A DNA stretch of 64,000 nucleotides from an uncultured delta proteobacterium (GCA_963708295.1 CAVPSJ010000007.1:64001-128000); one strand, 5' to 3'. Positions 28,256 through 38,915 are shown, counted from the first letter of the stretch. Made by a program: numbers and translations. Notes: generated by a model from the letters alone, not told the origin.

Positions 28256-29444
28256 ATGAAAAGAGTATCGATCATTATGGCTGTACTGTTTTTTGCCGTT
28301 CTTCTTACTGCCAATCTCCTCGCACAGGATCTTCGATTAAGCATTCCCCTACCGCTCACAGGACCCCAGGCAAAATTCGGTGAGATAGAAAAGAATTCCT
28401 ACATCATTGCTATGGAAGAGATCAATACGGCTGGAGGAATAAAGGACAAAAAGGTCGTTCTCGAATTTGAGGACTCTCAGGGGAAACCGGAGATCTCCAG
28501 GGCGATTGCTGAAAAAATCATCGATGTAAAAAAACAGCCCATCATTTTCGGTGAATACAGTTCCTCCTGCTCAAAGGCCATTGCCCCCGTTGGCAGAAGA
28601 GAGGAAAATTCCCTATATGGTGGTCACCGGTGCGACCGATGACATCACCCAGCAAAATTATAAATATGTTTTCCGAATGAATCCAACAAATGCCTATTAT
28701 GCCACCGGAATGATCTCTTTTTTCAGGGAGGTCGTCAAGCCCACGTCGATTGCCGTTCTCTATGAGAGTTCGGATTTCGGCACCTCCGGCGCAGAAGATA
28801 TGATTAAACAGGCTGAAAAATTCCCGCTGAAGGTTTTGGTGAAAGAAAAGTATGAAAAGGGAGCCGTCGATTTTAAGCCGATCCTTTCCAAGGTGAAGGC
28901 CGCAAAACCAGATGTCATTTACATGGTTTCTTACGTCATGGATGCTTCCCTGCTGATGAAACAGATCAAGGAACTCCGAATTGATGCGAAGTTATTTGCG
29001 GGGGGGGCTGCAGGTTTTGCTATACCTGAATTTATAAGCAGTGCCAAAGATGCCTCTGACTATGTCGTCACTGCGACGATCTGGAGTCCTCAAGTCGTTT
29101 ATCCTGGAGCAAAGGAATTTGCGGAAAAGTACAAGAAACTCTATAAAGACTATCCCTCCTATCATGGCGCCGAAGCCTATTCCGCGCTTTACATTATCAA
29201 AGATGTTCTGACGCGGGCAAAGTCTATGGCACCCGATGACATACGGGTAGCGATGAAAGCCACCAATATGATGACTGCATTTGGTCCGATCAAGTTCGAG
29301 GATAAGGAGGGTTATACAAACCAAAACTTCATAGATTCTCTGGTCATGCAAGTGATCAACGGTCAACACGAGACCATCTGGCCACAAAAATATGCCAGCA
29401 AGAAATACATCTTCCCTATTCCAAAATGGAGAGATAGGAAGTAG
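28256..29444 (+). CDS. Liv-type ABC transporter substrate-binding protein, frameshifted near 28590
   Basis: Signal peptide, PLPLTGPQAKFG, EINTAGGI, GEYSSS, YVFRMNP, DFKPILSKVKAAKPD. Confidence 0.9.
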
Positions 29445-29450
29445 AATTCT

Positions 29451-29600
29451 CAAATCCAAATATCAAATTCAAAAGGTCAAATGAAGTTCAAATGACAAAT
29501 GGCAAAACATTTTCCTTCTCGAGGAAATGACCAAGGGGAGCTGGGCTTCGGGTTTGAAATTTGGATTTCCTTTGAACTTTGAGTTTTGACATTTGACATT
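29451..29600. repeat. Heptamer-periodic inverted repeat element between SBP and permease
   Basis: caaatccaaatatcaaattcaaaaggtcaaatgaagttcaaatgacaaatggcaaa ... tttgaaatttggatttcctttgaactttgagttttgacatttgacatt. Confidence 0.75.
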
Positions 29601-29612
29601 GTTTCATCCTAT

Positions 29613-30539
29613 ATGGCAATCCAAATTGAGCTCTTCTTACAGACCCTGATCGCCGGAATCTTACTCGGAGGTCTCTACGCTCTCATCGGCATCGGCATGA
29701 CTCTCATCATGGGCGTGATGAAGATCATTAATCTCGCCCACGGGGAGCTCATGATGGTGGCCATGTATATCTCCTTCTGGCTCTTTACCCTCTTCCATAT
29801 CGATCCTTATGTTTCTGTCCTCGTCGCGGCTCCTGCCATGTTCTTTCTGGGGATTGGCCTCCAGAAGTTCCTGATCAACCCTGTGCTAAGGGTGGAATCG
29901 ATCCTGCCGGAGAATCAGGTGATCCTCACGGTGGGCATCGGGATGGTTCTGGCTAACTTAGCCACCATATTCTTTACATCCAACTACCGTTCCACCCCTG
30001 TGGATTATGCGACAAAGGCCTTCTATTTGACCGACTTCTGGAAAGATGCTCCCATTGAACTCTCTCTCTCCATGGCATGGTCCTTGTCTTTTCTCATTGC
30101 AGTTGCTATTACGATTCTCCTTTGGTTCTTTCTAACACGGACAGACACCGGCAAGTCGATTCGGGCAACGGCGCAGGATCTCGATGCCGCCCTTCTCATG
30201 GGTGTCAATGTGAGAAGGATGAGGGTCGTTACGTTTGGGATCGGATGTGCCTTAGTCGGGGCCGCAGGCTGTCTTTTTCTTCCCATCTACTATCTCTTTC
30301 CTTCCCTGGGCGGACAATTCACCCTGATTGCCTTTGTGATCACCATCCTCGGTGGACTCGGATCAACAAATGGAGCCATTATCGGAGGGGTCATCCTGGG
30401 AATCTTTGAATCCATGACAGCGACCTATCTCGGCATGGGATGGGCACCTGTGGGGAGGTTTCTCATCTTCGTCGCAGCCCTGGTCTTCCTGCCAGGTGGC
30501 GTCGCATCGCTCTTACAAAGCAAGAAACTCGGAAAATGA
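29613..30539 (+). CDS. livH: Liv-type ABC permease
   Basis: GGLYALIGIGMTLIMGVMKIINLAHGE, GKSIRATAQD, ILGGLGS; start codon uncertain. Confidence 0.85.
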   Translation: MAIQIELFLQTLIAGILLGGLYALIGIGMTLIMGVMKIINLAHGELMMVAMYISFWLFTLFHIDPYVSVLVAAPAMFFLGIGLQKFLINPVLRVESILPENQVILTVGIGMVLANLATIFFTSNYRSTPVDYATKAFYLTDFWKDAPIELSLSMAWSLSFLIAVAITILLWFFLTRTDTGKSIRATAQDLDAALLMGVNVRRMRVVTFGIGCALVGAAGCLFLPIYYLFPSLGGQFTLIAFVITILGGLGSTNGAIIGGVILGIFESMTATYLGMGWAPVGRFLIFVAALVFLPGGVASLLQSKKLGK

Positions 30540-31480
30540 AAAAAGGTCTATGTCTTATCATTCTTCTTATTTTGCTCGCCGTCTTACCACTGATCGGTCT
30601 GAGCTCCTACATGATGCACATCGTGGTTCTGGTCATCATCTATTCGATGGTTGGAATGGCATGGAATCTCCTTGGCGGATACTGCGGCCAGGTCTCTTTT
30701 GGCCATGCGGCCTATTTTGGCGTTGGGGCCTATACTGCAGGTATCCTATACTCCAAACTTGGAATCTCAGCCTGGTGGGGGCTAGCCTTCAGTATTTTGG
30801 TAGTGACGGCCCTTTCCCTAATCATAGGTTTTATCTGCCTGAGGTTAAGAGGCCCTTATTTTGCCCTGGGCACCCTTGCGATGGGAGAGGTGCTGAGAGT
30901 AACGGCTGAAAATCTTGTGAAATTCACAGGAGGGGATGTCGGAATAATGATCCGGGAACGGACCTGGGTGGGAAAGACATGGTACTATTATATTATTCTG
31001 CTATTAGCCATTGGAACTTATCTCTTAATTAAGAAGGTGATCGAATCCAAACTCGGGTACTACTTTGTATCCATTCGGGAGGATCAGGACGCGGCGGAAT
31101 CGATGGGAATAGACACCACCGCTTATAAAACCATCGCCCTTTGTCTGAGTGGTGCCATCACAGGAATTGCTGGCGCATTCTATACCAACTATATGGGATA
31201 TATCGACCCGAAAGTCGTCTTCAGCCTTCATGATATCTCCATCGTCACCATTATGGTTGTGATGGTGGGAGGCGTGGCCACGTATTCGGGGCCAACCATT
31301 GGAGCCATCATCATGGTCTTTCTAGCCGAATTGATCAGGTCGAATCCCAGCCTCGGAGCGGCTCATCAAACCCTCTTTGGAATTCTACTTATCTTCATCA
31401 TTATCTTTTTGCCGAACGGAATCGTTGGAGATTTCCCCAAATTGGCAAAGATTTTCAAAATTGGGAGACCCTCCTCATGA
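30536..31480 (+). CDS. livM: Liv-type ABC permease
   Basis: [45 protein letters not shown]. Confidence 0.9.
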   Translation: MKKGLCLIILLILLAVLPLIGLSSYMMHIVVLVIIYSMVGMAWNLLGGYCGQVSFGHAAYFGVGAYTAGILYSKLGISAWWGLAFSILVVTALSLIIGFICLRLRGPYFALGTLAMGEVLRVTAENLVKFTGGDVGIMIRERTWVGKTWYYYIILLLAIGTYLLIKKVIESKLGYYFVSIREDQDAAESMGIDTTAYKTIALCLSGAITGIAGAFYTNYMGYIDPKVVFSLHDISIVTIMVVMVGGVATYSGPTIGAIIMVFLAELIRSNPSLGAAHQTLFGILLIFIIIFLPNGIVGDFPKLAKIFKIGRPSS

Positions 31481-32199
31481 GTTTGCTCGAAATCAAACGG
31501 ATCTCAAAGCAATTCGGGGGACTTGCAGCCCTCACCGATGTGTCATACTCCGTCAATAAAGGCGAGATTCTCGGGCTGATCGGTCCCAATGGCGCAGGCA
31601 AGACAACCCTGTTCAACGCGGTGAATGGATATTATCCCCCAACAAGTGGGGAGGTTCTTTTCAAAGGAGAGAAAATATCTCATTTGAAGCCCCATCAGAT
31701 TTGCAAATTGGGAATTGGAAGGACCTTTCAGGTCGTAAGACCTTTAAAAAGAATGACCACTCTTGACAATGTCATTGCTTCCGCATTTCTTCGGGCAAAG
31801 GATAAGGTCGAAGCAGAGGCGATAGCGACGGAGACCCTCCGGTTCACCGGCATTTATGAAGACCGGAATGTCCTATCCAAGGGGCTGCCCCTTGGGAAAA
31901 GAAAGAAGCTTGAGATTACGAGGGCCCTTGCCACAAGACCCGAGATGCTCCTTCTGGATGAGTCCTTTGCCGGGCTCAATCCTTTCGAGCAGAACGAGCT
32001 GATCGATATTATCAGAAAGGTGAAGGCCAGGGGCATTACGATCATGATTATCGAACATCACATGAAAGTGATCATGTCCCTTTCTGACCGGGTGGTCGTC
32101 CTAAACTACGGCGAAAAGATCGCTGAAGGCACTCCTAAAGAAATAGGGAATAATCCCCTGGTCATTGAAGCTTACCTTGGAGAGGCAGAGAGTGCTTGA
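31477..32199 (+). CDS. livG: Liv-type ABC ATPase
   Basis: [29 protein letters not shown]. Confidence 0.9.
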   Translation: MSLLEIKRISKQFGGLAALTDVSYSVNKGEILGLIGPNGAGKTTLFNAVNGYYPPTSGEVLFKGEKISHLKPHQICKLGIGRTFQVVRPLKRMTTLDNVIASAFLRAKDKVEAEAIATETLRFTGIYEDRNVLSKGLPLGKRKKLEITRALATRPEMLLLDESFAGLNPFEQNELIDIIRKVKARGITIMIIEHHMKVIMSLSDRVVVLNYGEKIAEGTPKEIGNNPLVIEAYLGEAESA

Positions 32200-32896
32200 G
32201 ATTAGAAATATTGACGTCTCCTACGGAGATGTCCAGGTCATCTGGAATGTCTCCTTTGAGGTGATCAAAGGTGAGATCGTCGCGTTGATCGGCGCAAACG
32301 GAGCTGGAAAATCTACGATTCTAAGAGCCATCTCCGGCATCCTAAGACCCAAAAAGGGAGAGATTTTTTTCGAGGGCAAACCTATCTACACCTTAGACGC
32401 TTTCAGGCTGATTGAACTCGGAATCGCCCACGTGCCAGAAGCCCGAAGGCTCTTTGTGGAAATGACGGTTGAAGAAAATCTGGACATGGGGTCCCTGAAA
32501 GGAAAGGCGAGAACCCAGCGGGAGGAGACAAGAGAGATGGTCTTCGAGCTGCTGCCGAGGTTAAGAGAACGAAGGAGGCAGCTGGCTGGAACCTTAAGCG
32601 GTGGAGAGCAACAGATGCTCGCCGTAGGAAGGGGGTTGATGTCATTACCCAAACTCCAGATGTTTGACGAGCCTTCCCTCGGACTTGCACCTCTTCTCGT
32701 GAGAGATATCTTCAATACGATAAAAAAGATCAATAAAGAAGGGACAACCGTCCTCATTGTGGAACAGAATGTAAAACAGACCCTTTTGGTAGCCAGTCGA
32801 GGATATGTGCTTGAAACGGGCAAGATAACCAATCAAGGAACAGGTCAGGCACTCCTCAGCGATGACCACATCAAGACAGCCTATCTCGGGGTTTAA
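32192..32896 (+). CDS. livF: Liv-type ABC ATPase
   Basis: GANGAGKS, LSGGEQQM, DEPSLGLAP, VEQN; GTG start inferred. Confidence 0.9.
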   Translation: MLEIRNIDVSYGDVQVIWNVSFEVIKGEIVALIGANGAGKSTILRAISGILRPKKGEIFFEGKPIYTLDAFRLIELGIAHVPEARRLFVEMTVEENLDMGSLKGKARTQREETREMVFELLPRLRERRRQLAGTLSGGEQQMLAVGRGLMSLPKLQMFDEPSLGLAPLLVRDIFNTIKKINKEGTTVLIVEQNVKQTLLVASRGYVLETGKITNQGTGQALLSDDHIKTAYLGV

Positions 32897-33286
32897 TTCT
32901 TCTTCATCTTCGCTCTACCCGTATCTTTTTTCGCCCCTTTTCTCATGCATGATATTTCTCCCACTTCATCCTTTATGACTCTTCAGTGTTTCACCGATCA
33001 TTGACTTACCTCTCATATTTCAAAAGTGATCTTCCTCTGTCCCTTGATCACCGGGGTCTGACGTGAACCAGAAAATGCTCTTCCTTGTGTGAAGGATACC
33101 ATAGGCCTCCTTCTTTTTCGCTCTACCTCTTTAGGACATTTTCCTCCGTCCCTTAATGGGTTAGGACTGCAGGGAAATCCGTTCCGTCTCCCTTTGACCT
33201 TCTTGGATTTTTCTGTCCAACCCCGGAAGCTCTCGCGATTTCTGACAATTGATCGATCGAGAGAGGGAAAAAGGTCCACGACGGAT

Positions 33287-33304
33287 TGTTCACTATAGTG
33301 AACA
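33287..33304. promoter_or_regulatory. Perfect 18-bp palindromic operator TGTTCACTATAGTGAACA (candidate IclR site)
   Basis: Perfect dyad; four more variants in 33.3-41.2 kb. Confidence 0.75.
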
Positions 33305-33351
33305 TCTGTATAATAATTTTATATATTGAATTCAGTACTTGTAAAAAAAGC

Positions 33352-33410
33352 TTGACAAACAAGAATTATATGCTAATATTGATTTTAATAAGTTGTTCAC
33401 TATAAGGAAC
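33352..33410 (+). promoter_or_regulatory. Sigma70 promoter followed by operator GTTCACTATAAGGAAC
   Basis: TTGACA 33352-33357, TG-c-TAATAT 33371-33379, operator 33395-33410. Confidence 0.7.
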
Positions 33411-33429
33411 GAATGCGGAGGTTATTCAG

Positions 33430-33903
33430 ATGAGCGCCATCTCCATCATTCCGGAACGATGTACTGGATGTCAATCCTGCGAAATGGCTTGCAGTCTCTC
33501 CCATGAGGGCTCTTGCAGTTCTTCCCTTTCGCGGATACGCATGAAGAAGTGGGAGGAGATATCCGTCTTCATCCCCACCGTCTGCCAGCACTGCGAGAAA
33601 CCCCCTTGCATGGATATCTGCCCGACGGGCGCCCGAAAGCGCGCCCCCGGAACCGATGCGATGGTAACGGACGAGAAACGATGCGTCGGCTGTAAGTCCT
33701 GCATTTATGCCTGCCCTTATGGTGCTCCGGCGATTCACCCTGCGACCAAGCGGACCATGACCTGCGACCTGTGCAAAGGCTCACCCGTCTGCACCCAGGT
33801 CTGCACCTCCGGTGCGCTTTCTTATATCCCTGAAGGAGATCCCTCGATGGAAAGGAAGAGGGCCTTCGGGCAAACCCTTTTTCATTCTATGAAAACAAGA
33901 TGA
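33430..33903 (+). CDS. 4Fe-4S ferredoxin-like protein (AOR-associated, up to four clusters)
   Basis: CTGCQSCEMAC, CQHCEKPPCMDICP, CVGCKSCIYACP, CDLC...C. Confidence 0.9.
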   Translation: MSAISIIPERCTGCQSCEMACSLSHEGSCSSSLSRIRMKKWEEISVFIPTVCQHCEKPPCMDICPTGARKRAPGTDAMVTDEKRCVGCKSCIYACPYGAPAIHPATKRTMTCDLCKGSPVCTQVCTSGALSYIPEGDPSMERKRAFGQTLFHSMKTR

Positions 33904-33915
33904 GGAGGCACGGAC

Positions 33916-35427
33916 ATGGTCAAAGGATGGACAGGAAAAAGACTTCGCATCGATCTCAGCCTGCGGAAAGCATGGTCTGAGGATATTCCTTCGGGCGAGC
34001 TTCGTCAGTGGTTCGGCGGAAGAGGACTCAATGCCTCTTACTTCTCTCAACATTTCCAAACCCCGATCTCCCCTTCTTCCCCGGATAATCCGATCGCCTT
34101 TGCCGTGGGCCCCTTGACAGGAACCCTGGCCCCTTGTTCCGGATGGACGAGCATCGCATCCTTCTCACCCTTGTCAGAATTCCCCGTCTATGGTTTCACC
34201 CGGATGCCCGGTCACTTTGGAGCCTCTTTGAAAGCGGCGGGGTTTGACCAGTGCATCATCCAGGGAAAGGCGAATCGACCTGTCTCTCTTTGGATTGACA
34301 ACGGAGACGTCAAGTTCGAAAAAGCAGATCATCTCTGGGGGAAGGAGACCATTGAGACCGCAGTCACCCTTCAGGAGGAAAAGGGCGATCGAAGCATTGA
34401 GGTACTCTGCATTGGACCTGCAGGAGAGGGACAGATCCCTTTTGCCAATGTCATCCATCGTCTTTCCTGGACAGGGGACTTTCTCGGGTTGGGATACCTT
34501 TTCGGAGTGAAACAACTTAAAGCCATTGCGATCCGGGGAAAAAAACCGGTGGCCCTTCAGTATCCCCAGCAGTTCCTCAACCTCTGCCTCGCCTTAAAAG
34601 ACCAGATTCAGAAGGGGCAAAAGATGCGGAAGGTGAAAGAAGAGGGAGCGCTCTCTCTCCTTCGCCCAGAGGAAAGAGGAGATACAACAGAAGGCAATCG
34701 ATGGTTTTCTCCCGGCATGGAGAAACAATGGGCCGCCTCTTTATGGGCTAATCTCTCTGGCCGCGAAGGCTGCTTCTCATGTCCCGTTCATTGTGGCCGG
34801 AATATCCAGGATCAAGAAAAGTGTTTGGGCGGAGTTCATCTTGAGAAGGCATGGGATTTCGGACCCCAAATCGGCGTCTACAGCGGGGAGTGGACCTTGA
34901 AGCTTCAGCGTTTCTGTCAGGCCCAAGGCCTCGACCCTTTCCTGACGGCTTCTCTTCTGGGTAGGATCATGGAGGGGGACGAAACCGGAACTTTCTCAGA
35001 GAAAGATCCGAAGGGTACGGATGGTATTGAAGATCAAGGAGAAAAGGCCTTCACCCTTTTGTGTCGAATGATCGCCGGAGGCAAGAAGGAATTTCCTCTC
35101 TTCGCCCCTTCAACTTCCGAAAATGAAGACCTCGATATCCTGGCAGATGTCGTCTCATTTTGTATGATCGTGGTAAACCGCCTTAATCTGATGACAGTGT
35201 CAAATATTATCGACTTGATCAACGGAGCCACAGGGTATGCCCTAACGATTGAAGACCTGCAGGGTACGATTTCCCGTATTCGTCAAATGGAATCTCGCCT
35301 GCAGAACAAGAAAATTCATTGGAATGATCAATCCACCCTTCTCCATCTGGGGAAAGGTCAGATCAGTCAGATTTTGAGAAAGGAGGAACGTCGCAATGTA
35401 TCCATCCCTAACCGGACCGCTTCCTAG
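33916..35427 (+). CDS. Degenerate, shortened aldehyde:ferredoxin oxidoreductase-family protein
   Basis: GWTGKRLRIDLS, GGRGL, LKAAGFD, CIGPAGE, CFSCPVHC retained; pterin-binding motifs altered; 503 aa. Confidence 0.8.
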   Translation: MVKGWTGKRLRIDLSLRKAWSEDIPSGELRQWFGGRGLNASYFSQHFQTPISPSSPDNPIAFAVGPLTGTLAPCSGWTSIASFSPLSEFPVYGFTRMPGHFGASLKAAGFDQCIIQGKANRPVSLWIDNGDVKFEKADHLWGKETIETAVTLQEEKGDRSIEVLCIGPAGEGQIPFANVIHRLSWTGDFLGLGYLFGVKQLKAIAIRGKKPVALQYPQQFLNLCLALKDQIQKGQKMRKVKEEGALSLLRPEERGDTTEGNRWFSPGMEKQWAASLWANLSGREGCFSCPVHCGRNIQDQEKCLGGVHLEKAWDFGPQIGVYSGEWTLKLQRFCQAQGLDPFLTASLLGRIMEGDETGTFSEKDPKGTDGIEDQGEKAFTLLCRMIAGGKKEFPLFAPSTSENEDLDILADVVSFCMIVVNRLNLMTVSNIIDLINGATGYALTIEDLQGTISRIRQMESRLQNKKIHWNDQSTLLHLGKGQISQILRKEERRNVSIPNRTAS

Positions 35428-36340
35428 ACCATCTTACTTGAGGCTTCTTGAATATCAGAGACAAAGGATGGTGTTCCCGGCATATGCCGCAGATTTACCT
35501 CTGCTCCTTTTCATCTTCTTTTCACGGATTGCGGCTGGACTTTCCATCCTTTCGGTCGTTTTCCCTCATTCTGTTCTCTGGACGGGCTTGGCCCTTGGCT
35601 GCATGGGTTTGGCAACCGCTGCCTCCATTACGCATCTCACGGTGCCGACGCGTTTTTTTGCCATGATCATCAATCACCGTTCGCCTCTCGTCTGGGAAGT
35701 CCGTTTGGCGGGGGCCCTGACCGCTTCGCTCGGGGCACAGGTTTTATCTGGCCTAGGGCTTCTTCCGGGTTTCGGGGTTGTTCTCCCCTGGGCCAGCCTT
35801 TCCCTGGCCATCCTTTTCTTAATTTCAACCGGATGGGCTTATCAATTCTCCACACACCCCGCCTGGAAAACGAACATTCTCTTCGGCTATTATCTGGCTT
35901 CGGCTTCAATGACGGGATTTGCACTTTACTCCATCACATTCCCGAACCCCTTTTTTCGTCTCGTCACCGTGACTCTCCTATGCGCACAGGGTTTTCTCAT
36001 TCTTCTTTATCTGAACCATCTGTGCAAAACATCGTGGACCTCACTGAAAACGATCGATTCAGGCAGAGACCGAAGGATTTCGATGGCATTTCTCGGATCT
36101 GTCCTTCTTCTCCCCGCTCTGATTACTTTCACCCCACTCTTCACGGAAAATCTGGGGTTATTTTCAGCAGTTCTGGCATTGAGCAACGGGGTGGGAATTG
36201 TTTTTGAGCGGATTCTCTTCTTCAGGTTGGAGCAACCCGTCTTTTTCCTTTCCAGGGGTCAACATCCAGAAGCGACGACGATCAAATTCGATACGGCATT
36301 GGCAGGCGATACGGCGAAGCTTAATGCAGAGATTCTTTGA
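35396..36340 (+). CDS. DmsC/NrfD-like membrane anchor
   Basis: ASITHL..P.RF...SPLVWEV, HPAW, ERILFF; about 8 hydrophobic segments. Confidence 0.75.
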   Translation: MYPSLTGPLPRPSYLRLLEYQRQRMVFPAYAADLPLLLFIFFSRIAAGLSILSVVFPHSVLWTGLALGCMGLATAASITHLTVPTRFFAMIINHRSPLVWEVRLAGALTASLGAQVLSGLGLLPGFGVVLPWASLSLAILFLISTGWAYQFSTHPAWKTNILFGYYLASASMTGFALYSITFPNPFFRLVTVTLLCAQGFLILLYLNHLCKTSWTSLKTIDSGRDRRISMAFLGSVLLLPALITFTPLFTENLGLFSAVLALSNGVGIVFERILFFRLEQPVFFLSRGQHPEATTIKFDTALAGDTAKLNAEIL

Positions 36341-37079
36341 TCTCCCGGGCAGCCTCTTGTACTTCTCGGATCACCGTCTTCACTTTCTGATCATCCAGCG
36401 TAGAGGTAAAACCGACCACCCATAAGGCCGCCGGAGGCGAGGAACGCAAGACCAAGGGGGCAGCCACCGCCCGGACGCCGGGGATGTATTCTTCGTCGTC
36501 TACGGCGTGTCCTTGCGCTTTCACTTTTTCAATCTCTCTGAGAAACTGTCTCTGATCGATCACCGTCTTCGACGTGTAACGGGCCAAGCCCTTCCTCTGT
36601 ACCATTTCTCGTGCCTTCTCTTTCTCTATCTGTGAAAGAAGGACTCGACCGGTCGCCCCTGCGAGAAGGGGAAGCCTCGTTCCGGGAGGAGAGGTGATTT
36701 TCATCTCGTTCCGGGATTCGACCATATCGACAATGGTAACGTGGTCTCCGTTTAAAACCCCCAGAAAAACGGTCTCCCCCACTTTCGCCATTAACTTCTC
36801 CATTGGCTTTCGGGCTAAATCCTTGAGATCGATCTTTGCGTAGGCGGTCCTGCAGAGTTCCAGGAGACTGTAGCCTACCGTATACCGCTTTTGAAGGGGG
36901 TCACGAACCAGAACGCCCAACTCTTCCAGGGCCGTGGTGATCCCATGAACAGTGCTCTTTCCTATCTTCAGTTTCTTTGAGAGATCACTTATGCCCAGAC
37001 CGCTTGAGGCATCTGAGATTGCATAAAGAATCTTAAAAGCTTTCTTGACCGAAGGCGCCGAATAAGTAATTTTTTTCAT
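36321..37079 (-). CDS. IclR family transcriptional regulator
   Basis: SVKKAFKIL..ISDLSKKLKIGKSTVHGI HTH; GETVFLG; GATGRVLL; DDEEYIPGVRAVAAP. Confidence 0.92.
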   Translation of the reverse strand: MKKITYSAPSVKKAFKILYAISDASSGLGISDLSKKLKIGKSTVHGITTALEELGVLVRDPLQKRYTVGYSLLELCRTAYAKIDLKDLARKPMEKLMAKVGETVFLGVLNGDHVTIVDMVESRNEMKITSPPGTRLPLLAGATGRVLLSQIEKEKAREMVQRKGLARYTSKTVIDQRQFLREIEKVKAQGHAVDDEEYIPGVRAVAAPLVLRSSPPAALWVVGFTSTLDDQKVKTVIREVQEAAREIKESLH

Positions 37080-37592
37080 GGATTCGCCGACTTGAACTTT
37101 TTGAAAGATATCAGATTCGTATCGCCCCTGTCAATAGATCCTCATCGTTTGGGCAGTTTCCGTCCTTCCTAGCCAGGAGACTAGACAACCCTCTCTCCGA
37201 AGACTTCATCACGCCAGCTTCAGACGTATCACGGCACCCATCCCCTCCCGATCCCAGAGATTTTTCTCTCTTTTGGAAATGAATCTCATCCCTCCCGGGC
37301 TTATCTTCGGGTTTGATTCCAATATCAGTGAAGATGACTCATCCCGTTCCAATACAACCGCATACTACTGCTTTGGCCGGAACGTGCCCCTTGGCCTCGT
37401 CTTGAAGGGGAAGCTAAGCGGCGCAATACAAATGAGAGTACATTCCCTTGCGGCAGGAGCGCCGCTCTTGGCGGCAAACTTCCCAACTTGCCTGTCCATG
37501 CCCCTCCCACCTTCTTATTCCTCCGTGGTTTGAAAAACTACGACACGTCAAGCTTTCCACTGTTTTTTCTCAAGGCTCCGCTTTTCAAAATC

Positions 37593-37653
37593 TTGACAAA
37601 AGGATTGTATGTGATATGATTAACTGCAATTTAGCTTGTTCACTCTGAAGAAC
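37593..37653 (+). promoter_or_regulatory. Sigma70 promoter followed by operator GTTCACTCTGAAGAAC
   Basis: TTGACA 37593-37598, TG-a-TATGAT 37612-37620, operator 37638-37653. Confidence 0.7.
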
Positions 37654-37743
37654 TCTCGACCTTCTTGCAGAGCAGACGAGGCATCGAGGAAAGAATCCGT
37701 GATTTAGTCCAGAAGACACCTATTCTTAATCTGGGGGACAGGA

Positions 37744-38790
37744 ATGGCGGCAGAAAATATTAATCCCATGAGAAACGTACGGCATCTCAGGCCACAAAAA
37801 GAATGGAAGGAGATTATTGCCCTTTACCTTTACCTTGCAGGCATGGGTGCCGGCTCTTTTGTCATCGGTACGCTGATCAGCTGGATCGCCCCCCGACTCG
37901 CCCCTCCTTTCCTCTCCTCCATCACTCTCTTCGGCTATTCCCTCAACCTTTCAGAGGTCCCGATTTTTTGGGGACCGATCATGGTTGCCATCGGCGCGCC
38001 GTTTCTTATTTTTGACCTGGGAATCAAATGGAGATTTATGTATGCGTGCTTGAATCCCAGAACCTCCTGGGTGGCCCGTGGGTTTATCATCCTCTCCATC
38101 TTCATCGTTTTGGGACTGATTCTCCTTGCTAAATCCATTCTTCCGTTTGACTGGCTCCATGCAAATTCCCCCCTGTGGCGAATCCCCGAGGTCATTGCGC
38201 TGGTCTTCGCTTTCGCGACCGCCATTTACACCGGAATCCTGTTAAAGGCGACGAAATCGGTCCCTTTGTGGAATACCCGTCTGCTCCCCATCCTCTTTCT
38301 GGTATCTGCACTCTCCACGGGGTCCATGTCTATCATCCTTTCCACTTTGGGAAGCGGTTTTTTCCCCCACGACGCCGGACCCCTGAAAGTCTTGATGGTT
38401 GGAGAACAAGTTCTGGTGGTGATTGAAGGAATCGTCCTTTATCTTTTCCTTTCCCGGAGATACAGGGCTGCGGAACAGGGAAAAGAATCGGTGCGTCTTC
38501 TTCTATTTGGCGAGATGAAAATGATCTTCTGGGGAGGAGTGGTCTTGCTGGGTTTCATCTTCCCCGTCGTCCTTGAATCTATTGCGTCATTCTTTCCTGG
38601 AAATTTTGTGTTGATCTTTACTGCCGGCGTCTTTCTGCTCTGTGGCGGGTTTTTCCTCCGGCTCGGTATCCTTCACGCCGGAATCAAGGATCAGATTCCG
38701 ATGCATCGGCTGATGGAAATCCAATATAACATGTTGGCTGGCAGAACGAAGGCCTTCGCAGGAGGAAAACTGAATTCCCCGGAAGCATAA
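37744..38790 (+). CDS. NrfD/PsrC family membrane protein (quinone-interacting anchor)
   Basis: W...IALYLYLAGMGAG, FDLG..WRF...SWVARG, YTGILL, PLWN, FLVSALSTG, GGFFLR. Confidence 0.9.
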   Translation: MAAENINPMRNVRHLRPQKEWKEIIALYLYLAGMGAGSFVIGTLISWIAPRLAPPFLSSITLFGYSLNLSEVPIFWGPIMVAIGAPFLIFDLGIKWRFMYACLNPRTSWVARGFIILSIFIVLGLILLAKSILPFDWLHANSPLWRIPEVIALVFAFATAIYTGILLKATKSVPLWNTRLLPILFLVSALSTGSMSIILSTLGSGFFPHDAGPLKVLMVGEQVLVVIEGIVLYLFLSRRYRAAEQGKESVRLLLFGEMKMIFWGGVVLLGFIFPVVLESIASFFPGNFVLIFTAGVFLLCGGFFLRLGILHAGIKDQIPMHRLMEIQYNMLAGRTKAFAGGKLNSPEA

Positions 38791-38915
38791 GAGATCTTAC
38801 AGGGAGTAAACACGGGATTGCTGATGTGTTCTTTGTGAGTCGCAAGACTTCTCAATCTCATGAATGATGGTCGTTTGCGCGAATCACGATTCCAGCAAAA
38901 AGAGGGAGGAAAGTA

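Noticed and set aside
18-28600. Frequent frameshifts (epimerase, nucleotidyltransferase, GT4, hbd, thiolase, VCBS, porin, FAD oxidoreductases, SBP) as programmed frameshifting, phase variation or mass pseudogenisation
   Set aside because: They are single-base indels with no shared slippery motif, motifs are otherwise intact, and they cluster toward one end of the window. This is most consistent with long-read consensus error; read pile-ups would settle it.
1040-29600. CRISPR array from the periodic repeats
   Set aside because: No identical 23-47 bp repeats with unique spacers and no cas genes; the units are degenerate heptamers in inverted orientation.
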